From a virus: DNA of 64,000 bases. The stretch lies in the IMG/VR virus record IMGVR_UViG_3300021142_000004, one strand, 5' to 3'. The notes under the pieces were generated by a model, which worked only from the letters and a program-made list of their open reading frames with translations, was not told the origin of the DNA and did not search any database. This document shows positions 18,448-28,346 of the stretch, one piece after another. How positions within the stretch are numbered: the first letter of the stretch is position 1; every line of letters starts with the position of its first letter. The translations under genes were made by a program, and so were the position numbers.

Positions 18448-20379
18448 TTAGATAAAAAATTGTTCTCCAAGCCATACCCTGTTAAATTCGATATCTGTTC
18501 GTGGTGGTGGTATTTCAGATTTAACTTCAATACCATTAATCTTTGCCCTAACTTTCTTTTTTGACAATGAATTTAACATACCATACCTTGCATATTTATT
18601 GGTCTTATCACATAATAATTCCAATGCAATTTTAAAATATTCTGGTGGATCTGCATTACAGAAATGTCTTGATTGTACTCTCATTCCTGTTTGTGTTAAA
18701 AATTCAGAAGTTACTCTATCTGATTTATCTTCAGTTCTTAATGAAATGATAATAGAACTTTGTCTATCTGCATAAGTACCAACACAATGATGCATAAATG
18801 CACCTTCTTCCGCATACTCTTCTTCTCTTTTAAGTATGTGAGGATATAGGGTTATTTTTTCCTTATCTTTAAGAACCTCAATTGGTGTTTCAACATCCTC
18901 TACCATCTTTTCATTAAATTCATATTCTATCACCCAACCCTTTCTTATTTCCAACATCATCTTAGATAATTCAAGATGTTCAGTATTGAAATCAGAATAT
19001 GTCTTAGATCTAATAATAAATTCCGGAATATAATCTCTTATTTTTCTAATCATCATAAGATGATCAATATATTCACCTATAAATGCATCTACATTGTTTA
19101 TATTTTCAATTGAATTTAATATATGTATAAGATTTTCTTTTTCTTTGTCTTCCAATATTAAGTTATTATTATTATTTATTTCACGATAAAATGATTTATT
19201 ATGTAGTTCTTTTTGTTTTCCACTATTTCTTTCTTTTTTATTTTCTAATTTAAACAGTTCTAACCTTAAATTAGCAATATACTTTGAATAATCATTACCA
19301 ATTAAACTACATACAAGAATAAAAAAACTAATATCAATATTAGGTACTAAATGAAATAATTTAATTGTTGATTTGGATTTATATCCAAAATAATCTAAAA
19401 TACTAGCAATTAATTTATTTTCATTCTTTTTTAAGAATTTCTGTGTTGGGTAAAAATTAATTAAAAGGTCTTTATAATCATTAGGTACTTTAATACCTTT
19501 ACGTTCAACAAACTTTTTTATAAATGAATCAAAAAAGTTGTGTCTATCGGTAACATCAGTTCTTGTAATTCCTAATTCACGACATACCACATCATAAAAT
19601 TCTTCATCATTAAAGATATTATCAAAATCTTTAGTTAATTCATCATAATGTGATGGGATTAAATTTGTTTTCTTACCAAATAGTCCATAATTTGTTGTGA
19701 TAATTTGTTGAAATGTTTTAAATGAATTTTTTCTAAAAATTTTTTTATTTGAATTTGAAGTTTTTTTTATAGAAAGAGTGATAAAATTAAAATTTTTATC
19801 AATTGTTACTGAATGGACAGATGTTACTTTGCGATAAAATCTACAAAAAATATCTCTCTTTTTTTCTTGTCTATATATTTTAATAGTAATTCTATCACCT
19901 TTAATACGAATAGATCTACTCAATCTAATTAAATTAACCTCGGAAAATGGGTTAATGAAATGTTTTTTTATGGTTTCTTCCTTATTTGTATATAAACTAT
20001 TTGTATTGACACTAGGATGTTTATATGCAAAGTTTATCTGAATTTTTTCACCAAGATTTTCAACCCCACTATAAAAGAATTTGGTATCCTTCTTTGGTTC
20101 TCTATGAGTTAAAATAACAAATTTACCAATTTTATTTTCACTATTTATAAATCTGATATTACTATGTAAAGTTTTATTACCAAAAAAATCTTCATCATCA
20201 ATTTCATCAATTTCATCAATTTCACCCACAAAAGTATTCATTGATTTACGTCTTTCACTTAAATCACTATAATTCTTAAATGGTGTAATAACCGCATAAT
20301 CAAAAATCTGTTCTAATAGTGTCTCCATTGAGTAAAATTTATTTATAGCAAATATATGTTTAAAAAATATAATCACCAA
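18448..20379 (-). CDS. PcfJ-like domain protein
   Basis: C-terminal EEGAFMHHCVGTY, T.E and QSRHFCN motifs. Likely start is METLL (~20328). Confidence 0.75.
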   Translation of the reverse strand: MVIIFFKHIFAINKFYSMETLLEQIFDYAVITPFKNYSDLSERRKSMNTFVGEIDEIDEIDDEDFFGNKTLHSNIRFINSENKIGKFVILTHREPKKDTKFFYSGVENLGEKIQINFAYKHPSVNTNSLYTNKEETIKKHFINPFSEVNLIRLSRSIRIKGDRITIKIYRQEKKRDIFCRFYRKVTSVHSVTIDKNFNFITLSIKKTSNSNKKIFRKNSFKTFQQIITTNYGLFGKKTNLIPSHYDELTKDFDNIFNDEEFYDVVCRELGITRTDVTDRHNFFDSFIKKFVERKGIKVPNDYKDLLINFYPTQKFLKKNENKLIASILDYFGYKSKSTIKLFHLVPNIDISFFILVCSLIGNDYSKYIANLRLELFKLENKKERNSGKQKELHNKSFYREINNNNNLILEDKEKENLIHILNSIENINNVDAFIGEYIDHLMMIRKIRDYIPEFIIRSKTYSDFNTEHLELSKMMLEIRKGWVIEYEFNEKMVEDVETPIEVLKDKEKITLYPHILKREEEYAEEGAFMHHCVGTYADRQSSIIISLRTEDKSDRVTSEFLTQTGMRVQSRHFCNADPPEYFKIALELLCDKTNKYARYGMLNSLSKKKVRAKINGIEVKSEIPPPRTDIEFNRVWLGEQFFI

Positions 20380-20403
20380 ATATTTATTGAAAAAATAATA
20401 ACT

Positions 20404-20532
20404 ATGGCAGCAAAAGCAAAAGGTGGTGTATCCTCAAACAAAGTTACATTTGGTAAAAGAAAAGGTGGTAAAGCAAAAAAATCTTTTAACAAACATGAAA
20501 ACAAAAAAGTTTATAGAGGTCAAGGTAGGTAA
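20404..20532 (+). CDS. small basic protein ending YRGQGR (42 aa)
   Basis: Manual translation: MAAKAKGGVSSNKVTFGKRKGGKAKKSFNKHENKKVYRGQGR. TATTTAT upstream, terminator downstream. Confidence 0.8.
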   Translation: MAAKAKGGVSSNKVTFGKRKGGKAKKSFNKHENKKVYRGQGR

Positions 20533-20534
20533 TT

Positions 20535-20563
20535 AAAAAAGGGAGAATTTATTTCTCCCTTTT
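20535..20563. terminator. bidirectional terminator
   Basis: A6-GGGAGAA/TTCTCCC-T4 between convergent genes. Confidence 0.8.
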
Positions 20564-20568
20564 AAATA

Positions 20569-21372
20569 TTAATAATTCATCCATAACGTTTCAACCTTTG
20601 TCTTTTTATTGAAGTTACCATCAATTGTTTTAACCTCAAAGTTTAGTTTTTTAAACCCATTATCTGTTAGTCGGTCATACAAATCACATTCATAACCACT
20701 AATAATGATTTTAGATTTACTTTCAATTACTGCATCCAAGAACTCAATATGACCATTTCTATCCATATCGACTTTATATCTAGCAGATGTTCTAGTGGAT
20801 TGTTCATATGGTGGATCCAAATATAATAAATTATTTGGACCATCATATTTTTTTATTAACTTTACACCATCGGTATTTGATACAATTACTCTTGATAATC
20901 TATCATGTAATTCAGGTAATCTATCAATACATGATAAAAAATCGGATACCGCTTTACTCATACCTCTACGAATACTAGAATTCATTGAGAATCCACCAAT
21001 ACCATTATGTGAGGTTCTATTAACATAGAAGAAATAGAATGCCCTGGTGATTATATCCAAGTCATCAAATTTCAATTTCTCTTTGAAATCCTTTCTTAGA
21101 TCCTCAGAATAGATTGTTAAATCACATTTTTGTTTGAATGATTCAAACATATCTTTGTCAGATATTACTTTATATAATGAATAAACATTTTGTTCCAAAT
21201 CATTATATACTTCAATTTTGGATGGTTCTTTTTTAAGACCTATACTAAAAGAACCTCCATACGCCTCAACGTATGTGTCGTATTCACTATTTAATGGAAA
21301 ATGTTGAATTATGTTATTTGCCATGTTAAATTTACCTCCATAATATCTAATTGGTGGGTTTATACTTTTCAT
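20569..21372 (-). CDS. DNA adenine methyltransferase (D12/Dam-like)
   Basis: YYGGK, EAYGGS, YND, YLDPPY and E.LW.NY motifs. Confidence 0.9.
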   Translation of the reverse strand: MKSINPPIRYYGGKFNMANNIIQHFPLNSEYDTYVEAYGGSFSIGLKKEPSKIEVYNDLEQNVYSLYKVISDKDMFESFKQKCDLTIYSEDLRKDFKEKLKFDDLDIITRAFYFFYVNRTSHNGIGGFSMNSSIRRGMSKAVSDFLSCIDRLPELHDRLSRVIVSNTDGVKLIKKYDGPNNLLYLDPPYEQSTRTSARYKVDMDRNGHIEFLDAVIESKSKIIISGYECDLYDRLTDNGFKKLNFEVKTIDGNFNKKTKVETLWMNY

Positions 21373-21383
21373 TTTATTTAATT

Positions 21384-21947
21384 TTATATAATGTGTGAAT
21401 AAAAACAGTTGCTATCAATATCATTTGATTCCTTAATAATAGTATTAATCATGAAATTATTTGGTAGGGTATTACATGTTAAAATCATTTTAACATAATT
21501 TTGATTTAAATGATAAGGTATTGAGTTAGTGATTCGATCTATGTTATTATCATGATATGAATCAATATTATCAATAATAATGACATTAAAACTTTTACCA
21601 TGAATCGTACTTAAAAAAGTATTTTCTGTACAAAAACGTACTTTACAACCGTTAAAATACGTAATGTTATAATATATTCCTTGTAAAATATTACCATTAT
21701 TAATCATATTTAAAATTGTTTTATATTGTTCAATATTTGGTAATACAAATAAAATATTTAAATTTATATTATTCTGAATAAGATGTTTCACATAATAAGA
21801 TAAAAGATATGTGATACCAACTTGTCTTTCTTGTTGTATTACGATATTATTATATGAATCATCATTTAAAACATTAAACAATTTTAATTGATGTGGGTAA
21901 AGTTCACTAGAGAACTCATTTTTTCTATATAATTTAAAAATTCTCAT
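21384..21947 (-). CDS. degenerate large-terminase ATPase-like protein
   Basis: LYPHQ, ERQVGIT (cf. SRQxGKT) and G...NVIIID. No nuclease domain. Confidence 0.55.
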   Translation of the reverse strand: MRIFKLYRKNEFSSELYPHQLKLFNVLNDDSYNNIVIQQERQVGITYLLSYYVKHLIQNNINLNILFVLPNIEQYKTILNMINNGNILQGIYYNITYFNGCKVRFCTENTFLSTIHGKSFNVIIIDNIDSYHDNNIDRITNSIPYHLNQNYVKMILTCNTLPNNFMINTIIKESNDIDSNCFYSHII

Positions 21948-21956
21948 TTAAATTCC

Positions 21957-22340
21957 TTATATTTGCGGATTATCAGTTCTTTGAATTAAAAACTCATCTA
22001 TTTCTCGTTCAGTAAGTCCCACACCTGGTAGTGAACTTAGTGATGTTATTCTTTTACCAAAAGTCTCAACAAAATCATCACTAAGATATGCTGGTATTAC
22101 TTTTGTCTTTAATCTAAGATTTAAAGAACCAAAAGTTCCACCGTCCTCTTCTCTTTCCATAAAGAATGCAGCAAACCCCGGTAGATCATGTGGTAAAAAT
22201 TCTTCAGACAATTGTTTATGAACATCATCTAAAAGTCCTTTACCATGTTCAATACGTGTCCTGTAATACTTATTTCTATCAATGGTAGTAGATGCTAGTG
22301 TATTGTCATTATCGTCTAAAATACTTAATCTAATTTTCAT
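21957..22340 (-). CDS. hypothetical protein
   Basis: 127 aa ORF in an operon. Confidence 0.55.
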   Translation of the reverse strand: MKIRLSILDDNDNTLASTTIDRNKYYRTRIEHGKGLLDDVHKQLSEEFLPHDLPGFAAFFMEREEDGGTFGSLNLRLKTKVIPAYLSDDFVETFGKRITSLSSLPGVGLTEREIDEFLIQRTDNPQI

Positions 22341-22750
22341 TACTTTTTAATTAAAAGTCTATCATAAAATAAACTGAACATAAAATTTCTTGTAATACCT
22401 AATATCAAAAGATATGATAAAAGTAATATTATTCCATAATGAAATGTTATGAATCCTGCTAGTACAATTGCAACACCATTAAAAATTTCTCTCATCATTT
22501 TCAAGAAATGCCATGCGTCTGTTAATTGTACTGGTTTAGTAACAAATATAGTAAAAATTTTCCATTTTACCAAACCGTTCTTAGGATTTCCATCAACATA
22601 TTTATTCTTCCAACTAAATAATGGATTCCAAAATAATTGATTTTTATCTCTAAAAATACTGATATTATAGTGGTGGGATAATGTGTCCATAATTGCATCA
22701 CATATACCACTTAGACAATATATGATGATTGGGATGATCGTGTAATACAT
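22340..22750 (-). CDS. hypothetical membrane protein
   Basis: About three hydrophobic segments, with SWKNKY and TDAWH motifs. Confidence 0.65.
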   Translation of the reverse strand: MYYTIIPIIIYCLSGICDAIMDTLSHHYNISIFRDKNQLFWNPLFSWKNKYVDGNPKNGLVKWKIFTIFVTKPVQLTDAWHFLKMMREIFNGVAIVLAGFITFHYGIILLLSYLLILGITRNFMFSLFYDRLLIKK

Positions 22751-22751
22751 A

Positions 22752-22979
22752 TTAACGTTTTTTTCTTTTTAATTTAAATGATTCTCTATATGAAATTGGT
22801 AATGTAATACATATATCAACATCAATATGTTCTATTGAACCAACATAATCAAGATAAAATAATTGTCCTGATGGCATTGGTAATGATGCAATTTGAAGAG
22901 ATAAAATATCTATTAATTCTTGTTGATGATAAATAAATAGTATATCATCTTTTCTATATAATTTAAATGGTGTCCTCAT
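22752..22979 (-). CDS. small protein containing a gp23 major-capsid-like peptide
   Basis: DILSLQIASLPMPSGQLFYLDY, flanked by FKLYRK and FKLKRK. Confidence 0.5.
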   Translation of the reverse strand: MRTPFKLYRKDDILFIYHQQELIDILSLQIASLPMPSGQLFYLDYVGSIEHIDVDICITLPISYRESFKLKRKKR

Positions 22980-23319
22980 TTGTTTTTTTTAAAATCTCTT
23001 CAACTTTAGATTCGATAACATCTTCTTGTGATTCAATATGTTTAACAAGAACATCAATATCTTTAGTTAATTTTAATATATGTTCCATCATTTTATCAGA
23101 TTTATCTGACGATTTTCTTGCGGTATACCCTAATACTGGTAATGCAATCCCCTGAAAAACAACTGAACAAAGATATTGTGCCCATGTCACAAGTGTTGTC
23201 GGAGCACCAGGATAAAATAATGGTATTATTACCAGTGCTGTGACAATATAAAATGTTGTCATCATTGATAATATCAAAGATAACTTATCTGCAATGTAAT
23301 CATTAAACTTTTTTAACAT
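22963..23319 (-). CDS. membrane protein (DUF1003-like)
   Basis: Two TM helices followed by a coiled coil. Confidence 0.55.
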   Translation of the reverse strand: MLKKFNDYIADKLSLILSMMTTFYIVTALVIIPLFYPGAPTTLVTWAQYLCSVVFQGIALPVLGYTARKSSDKSDKMMEHILKLTKDIDVLVKHIESQEDVIESKVEEILKKTNEDTI

Positions 23320-23348
23320 AATAACTAAATATTTATTAATAATAAATA

Positions 23349-23438
23349 CTAGTTATTTTTTTCCTCTAAACACTTTGGACATGGTACATTTACTGGATGT
23401 AAAATTCCATGTTTATCACATAATTTTGTTTCTTCCAT
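23349..23438 (-). CDS. mini zinc-ribbon protein (29 aa)
   Basis: Manual translation: MEETKLCDKHGILHPVNVPCPKCLEEKNN (CxxH...CxxC). Confidence 0.55.
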   Translation of the reverse strand: MEETKLCDKHGILHPVNVPCPKCLEEKNN

Positions 23439-23441
23439 AAT

Positions 23442-23777
23442 TTAACATTCGGGGTTATATGAAACATCGGTTGTTAATTTAAATACCATATCAAGTAAGT
23501 CAAACATTGTACTTGTCATTGTGTCTCCATTTCTATCAACCGGTTTTGCCAATTCTTCAATTGCAACCGCAGTGTCTCTACATTTCTTTTTATATGCATA
23601 ATTATACACAACTGAAACACCTTTTATTGGTAACCATGATCGTTGTTTTATATTATACATTCCACTATAATCACCTTCGAGTTCTAATTGATCTTTACGA
23701 ATACCAACTATTTCTAGTGGTTCTCTATGTTCATAGACATCTCTATGATAAACTATTTGTCCGATATGAAAATCCAT
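23442..23777 (-). CDS. hypothetical protein
   Basis: 111 aa ORF. Confidence 0.55.
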   Translation of the reverse strand: MDFHIGQIVYHRDVYEHREPLEIVGIRKDQLELEGDYSGMYNIKQRSWLPIKGVSVVYNYAYKKKCRDTAVAIEELAKPVDRNGDTMTSTMFDLLDMVFKLTTDVSYNPEC

Positions 23778-23811
23778 AATTTAATTATTTATATGTGTAA
23801 TTCAAAAAAAA

Positions 23812-24654
23812 TCATATACCTAGTTCTAATTCACTAATTAATGGTGTTGGTTTATCAAAATTTATGAATTCAAAATCGTTAATTGTGTAATCATAAAAAT
23901 TCTTTTTTTCTTTTAAATGGAACATTGGGTAATCATTTAATGGTGTTTTATTTAATAATTCATTAACTGCATTGATATGTCTGTCATATATGTGTAAATT
24001 TTGTACTAAGTGACAAAATTTACCTAAATTATAATCACAATGACCAGCAACTATCATTTGTAACGCTAAATATTGACCCTTATTAATTGCATTTGCAACT
24101 ATATAATCTGAACTACGTTGAACAAGTGTTAAATCTAAATATAATTTATCATCAACATTTCTTACTGACCATAATGTTTCGTATGCACAAGGGTCTAATC
24201 CTTTAGTTTCGTTCAAATCAGATTGTTGGTATAATGTAATAATATGTCTTCTTGAAAATGGGTTATTAATTAAACCATCCAATAAATTATCAATTAATTT
24301 CCATTTACTAACCGTTGCACCATATCTTTGTCCTATTGTGCCGTCACCAATATCCCATTCATCCCACCATTTTATACCCATACCATGAGCGTCATCTAAT
24401 GAAGATGATTGTTTTTGATAAATCCAAAGAACTTCTTTTATTCCTGTTTTAATTGCGGTATTTCTTAAAGTAGGTATTGGAAACTCTTCATTTGATATAT
24501 CATATTCTTCAAATACACCTGTTATAAATTTGGAATGAGCTGGCGTACCATCATTATATTTAGGTCTTGGGTCAATATCCCAACAACCATTATCTAATAT
24601 TTTTTTTAAATTAGTTTTATAATTAAAATCAGCTTTGTTCATGAAAAAAATCAA
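23812..24654 (-). CDS. thyA: thymidylate synthase
   Basis: PRPKY.DGTPAH, SRR, PCAY, QRSSD and HIYDRH motifs. Likely start MNKAD (~24642). Confidence 0.93.
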   Translation of the reverse strand: MIFFMNKADFNYKTNLKKILDNGCWDIDPRPKYNDGTPAHSKFITGVFEEYDISNEEFPIPTLRNTAIKTGIKEVLWIYQKQSSSLDDAHGMGIKWWDEWDIGDGTIGQRYGATVSKWKLIDNLLDGLINNPFSRRHIITLYQQSDLNETKGLDPCAYETLWSVRNVDDKLYLDLTLVQRSSDYIVANAINKGQYLALQMIVAGHCDYNLGKFCHLVQNLHIYDRHINAVNELLNKTPLNDYPMFHLKEKKNFYDYTINDFEFINFDKPTPLISELELGI

Positions 24655-24822
24655 TTAGGTCTAAATGTGTAATTAATGAATTATCTTCTAATAATGATCT
24701 ATAAAAAGATTCTGTTTTCATTGGGATTAATTTTTTTAACTTTTTCTGTTTTTCTTCTTTACTCCATTATCAAGTATATCTTGAAGGAGATCTGTATACT
24801 GCTTATCTAATGAATTATTCAT
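24655..24822 (-). pseudogene. N-terminal relic of a second thymidylate synthase
   Basis: MNNSLDKQYTDLLQDILDNGVKEE..., followed by unrelated sequence. Confidence 0.55.
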
Positions 24823-25129
24823 TTTTTAAAATATTAATTTTGTTCCAATCCAATACCTAATAAAAAAACCTGTTGGGTCGACTAAGTATGTGTGTTTATT
24901 ACCTTTTTCATCTTTAAAGGTCAATGTTCTATTCCCCATAACTTTGCAAATTTATTATTTGTTTTAATTTTAGACTTAAATTCTTCTTCTGTTAAAAGTT
25001 CATTTAAGTCTAAAATAAGATCTTTTTTAAAACGTTTAGGTATGTCAGCATTATTTACATCATTATTATGTGATATATAATTTTTTTGACATACTTTTAA
25101 ATAAGTTGAATACATATTATATATTTGTT

Positions 25130-25330
25130 TTATTTATTAACCTGATTATATTTTTCAAAAACACTTTCTTTCGTTAATAGTTCCACTAACGTTGAATGTT
25201 CTTTTGATTTATAATATATGGATTTTTCACGATTTCCATTAAAGAAATCATTTTCCGTATTACGATCAATTGCGTACCATAGATCTTGATATTCATTATA
25301 CCAAAATACATAATTGTATAAATTTCCCAT
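25130..25330 (-). CDS. hypothetical protein
   Basis: 66 aa ORF with a YVF.YN.Y...W.A motif. Confidence 0.55.
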   Translation of the reverse strand: MGNLYNYVFWYNEYQDLWYAIDRNTENDFFNGNREKSIYYKSKEHSTLVELLTKESVFEKYNQVNK

Positions 25331-25341
25331 TTTATTTTTTA

Positions 25342-26071
25342 TTAAATTCTTATTATATTTAGAAATAACCTAAAAAACAAAGATAACTTTACTCCATATA
25401 TATTTAAAGTTAAATTACCATTATTTATTTTATATCCAATTACATTAATAGTATTGTTTTTATTTTCATCAAACCACTCATCTATTATTTTTTTTTCTTT
25501 TGGATTTATAACATAACATAAATTTCTTAATGTTTTTTTAAATGAATTTTTTTTTATTATAAGGTACACCATACTATTTTCACCATTTTTATACCATCCA
25601 CTATTATAAAATTTATTCGTATACGAAAATGTTATTTTTTCTTTTATTAAATTAATAAATTCATTCTTATAGTTATTTGAATTTTTTATTAAAAAATATT
25701 CACTATGTTGTTTATTATTTAAACAATATGATATTATTATTGGTAATTCATCTATCTGAGATGAGTATTCAATATATATTTCTGTTAATTGGTTTGAATA
25801 TCCTAATATAATACTATGTATTTTATCTCCATATTTTTTTTTAGATTCATTAATAAATAAAGTAACATCCTGATGATCAAAAAAAAAATTCATTTATAAA
25901 ATGAGTTAAATTATTTTCAGATATACTATTTTTTTTAATTATTATACCCACTCGATCTATATTAATAGAATTATTAGTTATTTTTAAACTATGTTCAAGA
26001 ATATATTTAGGTTTAATATTTAATTTTTGACATGTATCTTCAAATTTACGGATAAAATCAAATTTATTCAT
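25342..26071 (-). CDS. hypothetical protein(s), two ORFs joined at a T10 tract
   Basis: ORFs 25877-26071 and 25342-25893 would fuse if the T10 tract were T9. Confidence 0.4.
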
Positions 26072-26900
26072 CTAATCTTTTTATTACGTCTTTTATGTTA
26101 AGGTACGATGTCATTATTGCTGGTAATCCTAATAATGAATTACAGAAATCAAACATATACCGATATGTTGAAAACACACTACCGATTGTTACTCTATTAT
26201 ACATTACATAATATGTTAATATTGATGTAACGCTACCATAAACAATAAACTGAATAATCAAATAGAAATTTGTATTTATATTTGCTCTTCTTATTGATAT
26301 CTTTTGAGTTTTTCTTAATAAATTATTTATTAAACCAATTTTTCTTTGACTAATAATATCAGTTTGTTCTTCTGAAATATCATTTGTTTGTCTAGTTAAA
26401 TCTGCCAACTTTGGTGAGTAATAATAACTGGTTCCAATTATTGCAACACCTGATATTAATAAAAAACCAACTACTTTCCAACTAACCAATGATAAGAAAT
26501 ATAATGATCCTATAACACCAAAAGTGGTTTGTAAGACATTTATCATATCAAATTCAAAGAAATTAACAATATAACTCATCATTGTCAATCTTCCATTTAT
26601 TTTGGTTGTTTCAACCCCATTATCAATTTGTTTATTGATTTCATTGGAGGAAAACTTCCTGTATATACCAGAGAATATCTTTACATCATATATTCGACTA
26701 ATATAACCAAAAAACATCATTAAACCAAATGTTAATACCAAATACCATATGTATGAATATTGTCTTAATATCATATGGTCAATTGCATTACCCAATACCT
26801 TTGGATATATTAACATCAATATTGAATTGATAGAAAATAGTGAATATGAAAATATTATTGATTTCCAATTATCCTTAAATATTATTTTTAATTTATCCAT
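26064..26900 (-). CDS. ABC-transporter six-TM membrane domain protein (no NBD)
   Basis: YPKVLGNAID, multiple TM helices, RIYDVKIFS.IY and TIGSVFS.Y.Y. Confidence 0.75.
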   Translation of the reverse strand: MDKLKIIFKDNWKSIIFSYSLFSINSILMLIYPKVLGNAIDHMILRQYSYIWYLVLTFGLMMFFGYISRIYDVKIFSGIYRKFSSNEINKQIDNGVETTKINGRLTMMSYIVNFFEFDMINVLQTTFGVIGSLYFLSLVSWKVVGFLLISGVAIIGTSYYYSPKLADLTRQTNDISEEQTDIISQRKIGLINNLLRKTQKISIRRANINTNFYLIIQFIVYGSVTSILTYYVMYNRVTIGSVFSTYRYMFDFCNSLLGLPAIMTSYLNIKDVIKRLDE

Positions 26901-26909
26901 AATCTATTT

Positions 26910-27158
26910 TTAACCATTACATGAATCAACAAGTGGTAAATCTTCCCATGTTAAATGCATTATTACACTATTTTTACACCACCCTTTACCAAAATCAACA
27001 ACATGACTGGTACTAAAAAATTGTCCAGTTATGTGGTTCTTTACTGAGAAAAATAATTCCCTATCCTCAAAACCTTCTGATTTTGCCAATTCATATAATT
27101 CTTTTATGGTTAATCCACCATTTATTACAAAATCATCCATTTCATTTTTTTCCCTCAT
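26910..27158 (-). CDS. hypothetical protein
   Basis: 82 aa ORF. Confidence 0.5.
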   Translation of the reverse strand: MREKNEMDDFVINGGLTIKELYELAKSEGFEDRELFFSVKNHITGQFFSTSHVVDFGKGWCKNSVIMHLTWEDLPLVDSCNG

Positions 27159-27179
27159 ATATTATTTTTTTTAATTATT

Positions 27180-27398
27180 TCACCAACTATCAAAATCTGT
27201 TAAATCAATATCCATTTCTGGTACATCCACTCTACCTGCTGTTACCATTATCCCAATACCTGTTGGAATAAATTTAATCCAGTATCCACCACCGGCAACA
27301 CCAAAATGACCTTCTGGTAACTTTGGTAGAGTTTTTTTCCATTCCTCATATTTCTTTATCTCAACCTCATTTAATTCAAATGAATATTTATTTTTCAT
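27180..27398 (-). CDS. conserved phage hypothetical protein
   Basis: GG.Y...F.PTGIG...DLTD..SW pattern. Confidence 0.65.
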   Translation of the reverse strand: MKNKYSFELNEVEIKKYEEWKKTLPKLPEGHFGVAGGGYWIKFIPTGIGIMVTAGRVDVPEMDIDLTDFDSW

Positions 27399-27399
27399 T

Positions 27400-27792
27400 T
27401 TAAAAATTATAATTAAAAATTTTACATTCAGGGTTTAGATTTCTGAAATCGGGAAATGTTGTGTCACCAATTGTATTATCATTTATGTGTGATATATGTA
27501 ATTCTGTAAATAAATGACAAAATTTCTCATATGTTTTTTTTCCACCTATACACCAGTCTACTTTTTCTAATACATTTAATTCAGGATTAAACATATAGTC
27601 TCCACGAATGTCCATTAATACAGATCGACCCTCTAGATGTGGAAGGGTACTATAGGTGTTATATCCAACCAGTAATGTACAACCCATTGTTTTTTCTTTG
27701 AAGTGTTTAAAATCTTTTTTATTTGGTGACCAAGGTAAAGATTTATTTAACCCAATGTACCCAAGATTGTTAACTGCAATTATTCCTTTCAT
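27400..27792 (-). CDS. folA: dihydrofolate reductase
   Basis: IG....LPW, DFKHFKEKT, VG..T, LP.L.GR, IGG and GDT.FP motifs. Confidence 0.88.
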   Translation of the reverse strand: MKGIIAVNNLGYIGLNKSLPWSPNKKDFKHFKEKTMGCTLLVGYNTYSTLPHLEGRSVLMDIRGDYMFNPELNVLEKVDWCIGGKKTYEKFCHLFTELHISHINDNTIGDTTFPDFRNLNPECKIFNYNF

Positions 27793-28055
27793 TTTTTTTC
27801 TGTTGCTAATTTTACTAAATAATTTTGAAAATCAATATATGGTTTTGTGGGATAAGGTAATACTATGTTATACCTCTTACCTTTTCCTAATAAATCAACT
27901 TCCATTACCACATGAACATCATATTCAACCCCTTTAACTTTAAATTGTTCTGGTTCACATACCTTAACAACTTCTAAAATCTTTTGGTTAGGTCTATCCT
28001 TCCTTATTAGTTCCAACATTTCCTGATTCGTCATCAATATTAAAATTTTGTTCAT
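27789..28055 (-). CDS. hypothetical protein
   Basis: ORF overlapping its neighbours. Confidence 0.5.
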   Translation of the reverse strand: MNKILILMTNQEMLELIRKDRPNQKILEVVKVCEPEQFKVKGVEYDVHVVMEVDLLGKGKRYNIVLPYPTKPYIDFQNYLVKLATEKK

Positions 28056-28236
28056 CTATATCATTTAAAATATAGATTTCTTTTGTTTCTTTATCTGCAA
28101 ATAACGTTGTCACTGGGTTACCTACTCTGTAATACTTATCTCCTTCTATTTGTCCGAATTCACCATTCACAACAATATACCCCAAATATTCTTCGGGAAC
28201 TTTATTAATCCATTCTTTTAATTCTGATAATAACAT
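27994..28236 (-). CDS. hypothetical protein
   Basis: 80 aa ORF. Confidence 0.5.
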   Translation of the reverse strand: MLLSELKEWINKVPEEYLGYIVVNGEFGQIEGDKYYRVGNPVTTLFADKETKEIYILNDIDEQNFNIDDESGNVGTNKEG

Positions 28237-28346
28237 ATTTTTATTTTTTTCCTTTTAAATAATCCAATATTATATTAAACGATCCCAACGCAATAACTGT
28301 TCCACCAAAAAAAGGTTCTAATGGGTTATTGGTTTTTAACCCATAC

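Noticed and set aside
21384-21947. The functional large terminase
   Set aside because: It is only 187 aa, Walker A lacks the Lys, Walker B lacks the Glu, and there is no nuclease domain.
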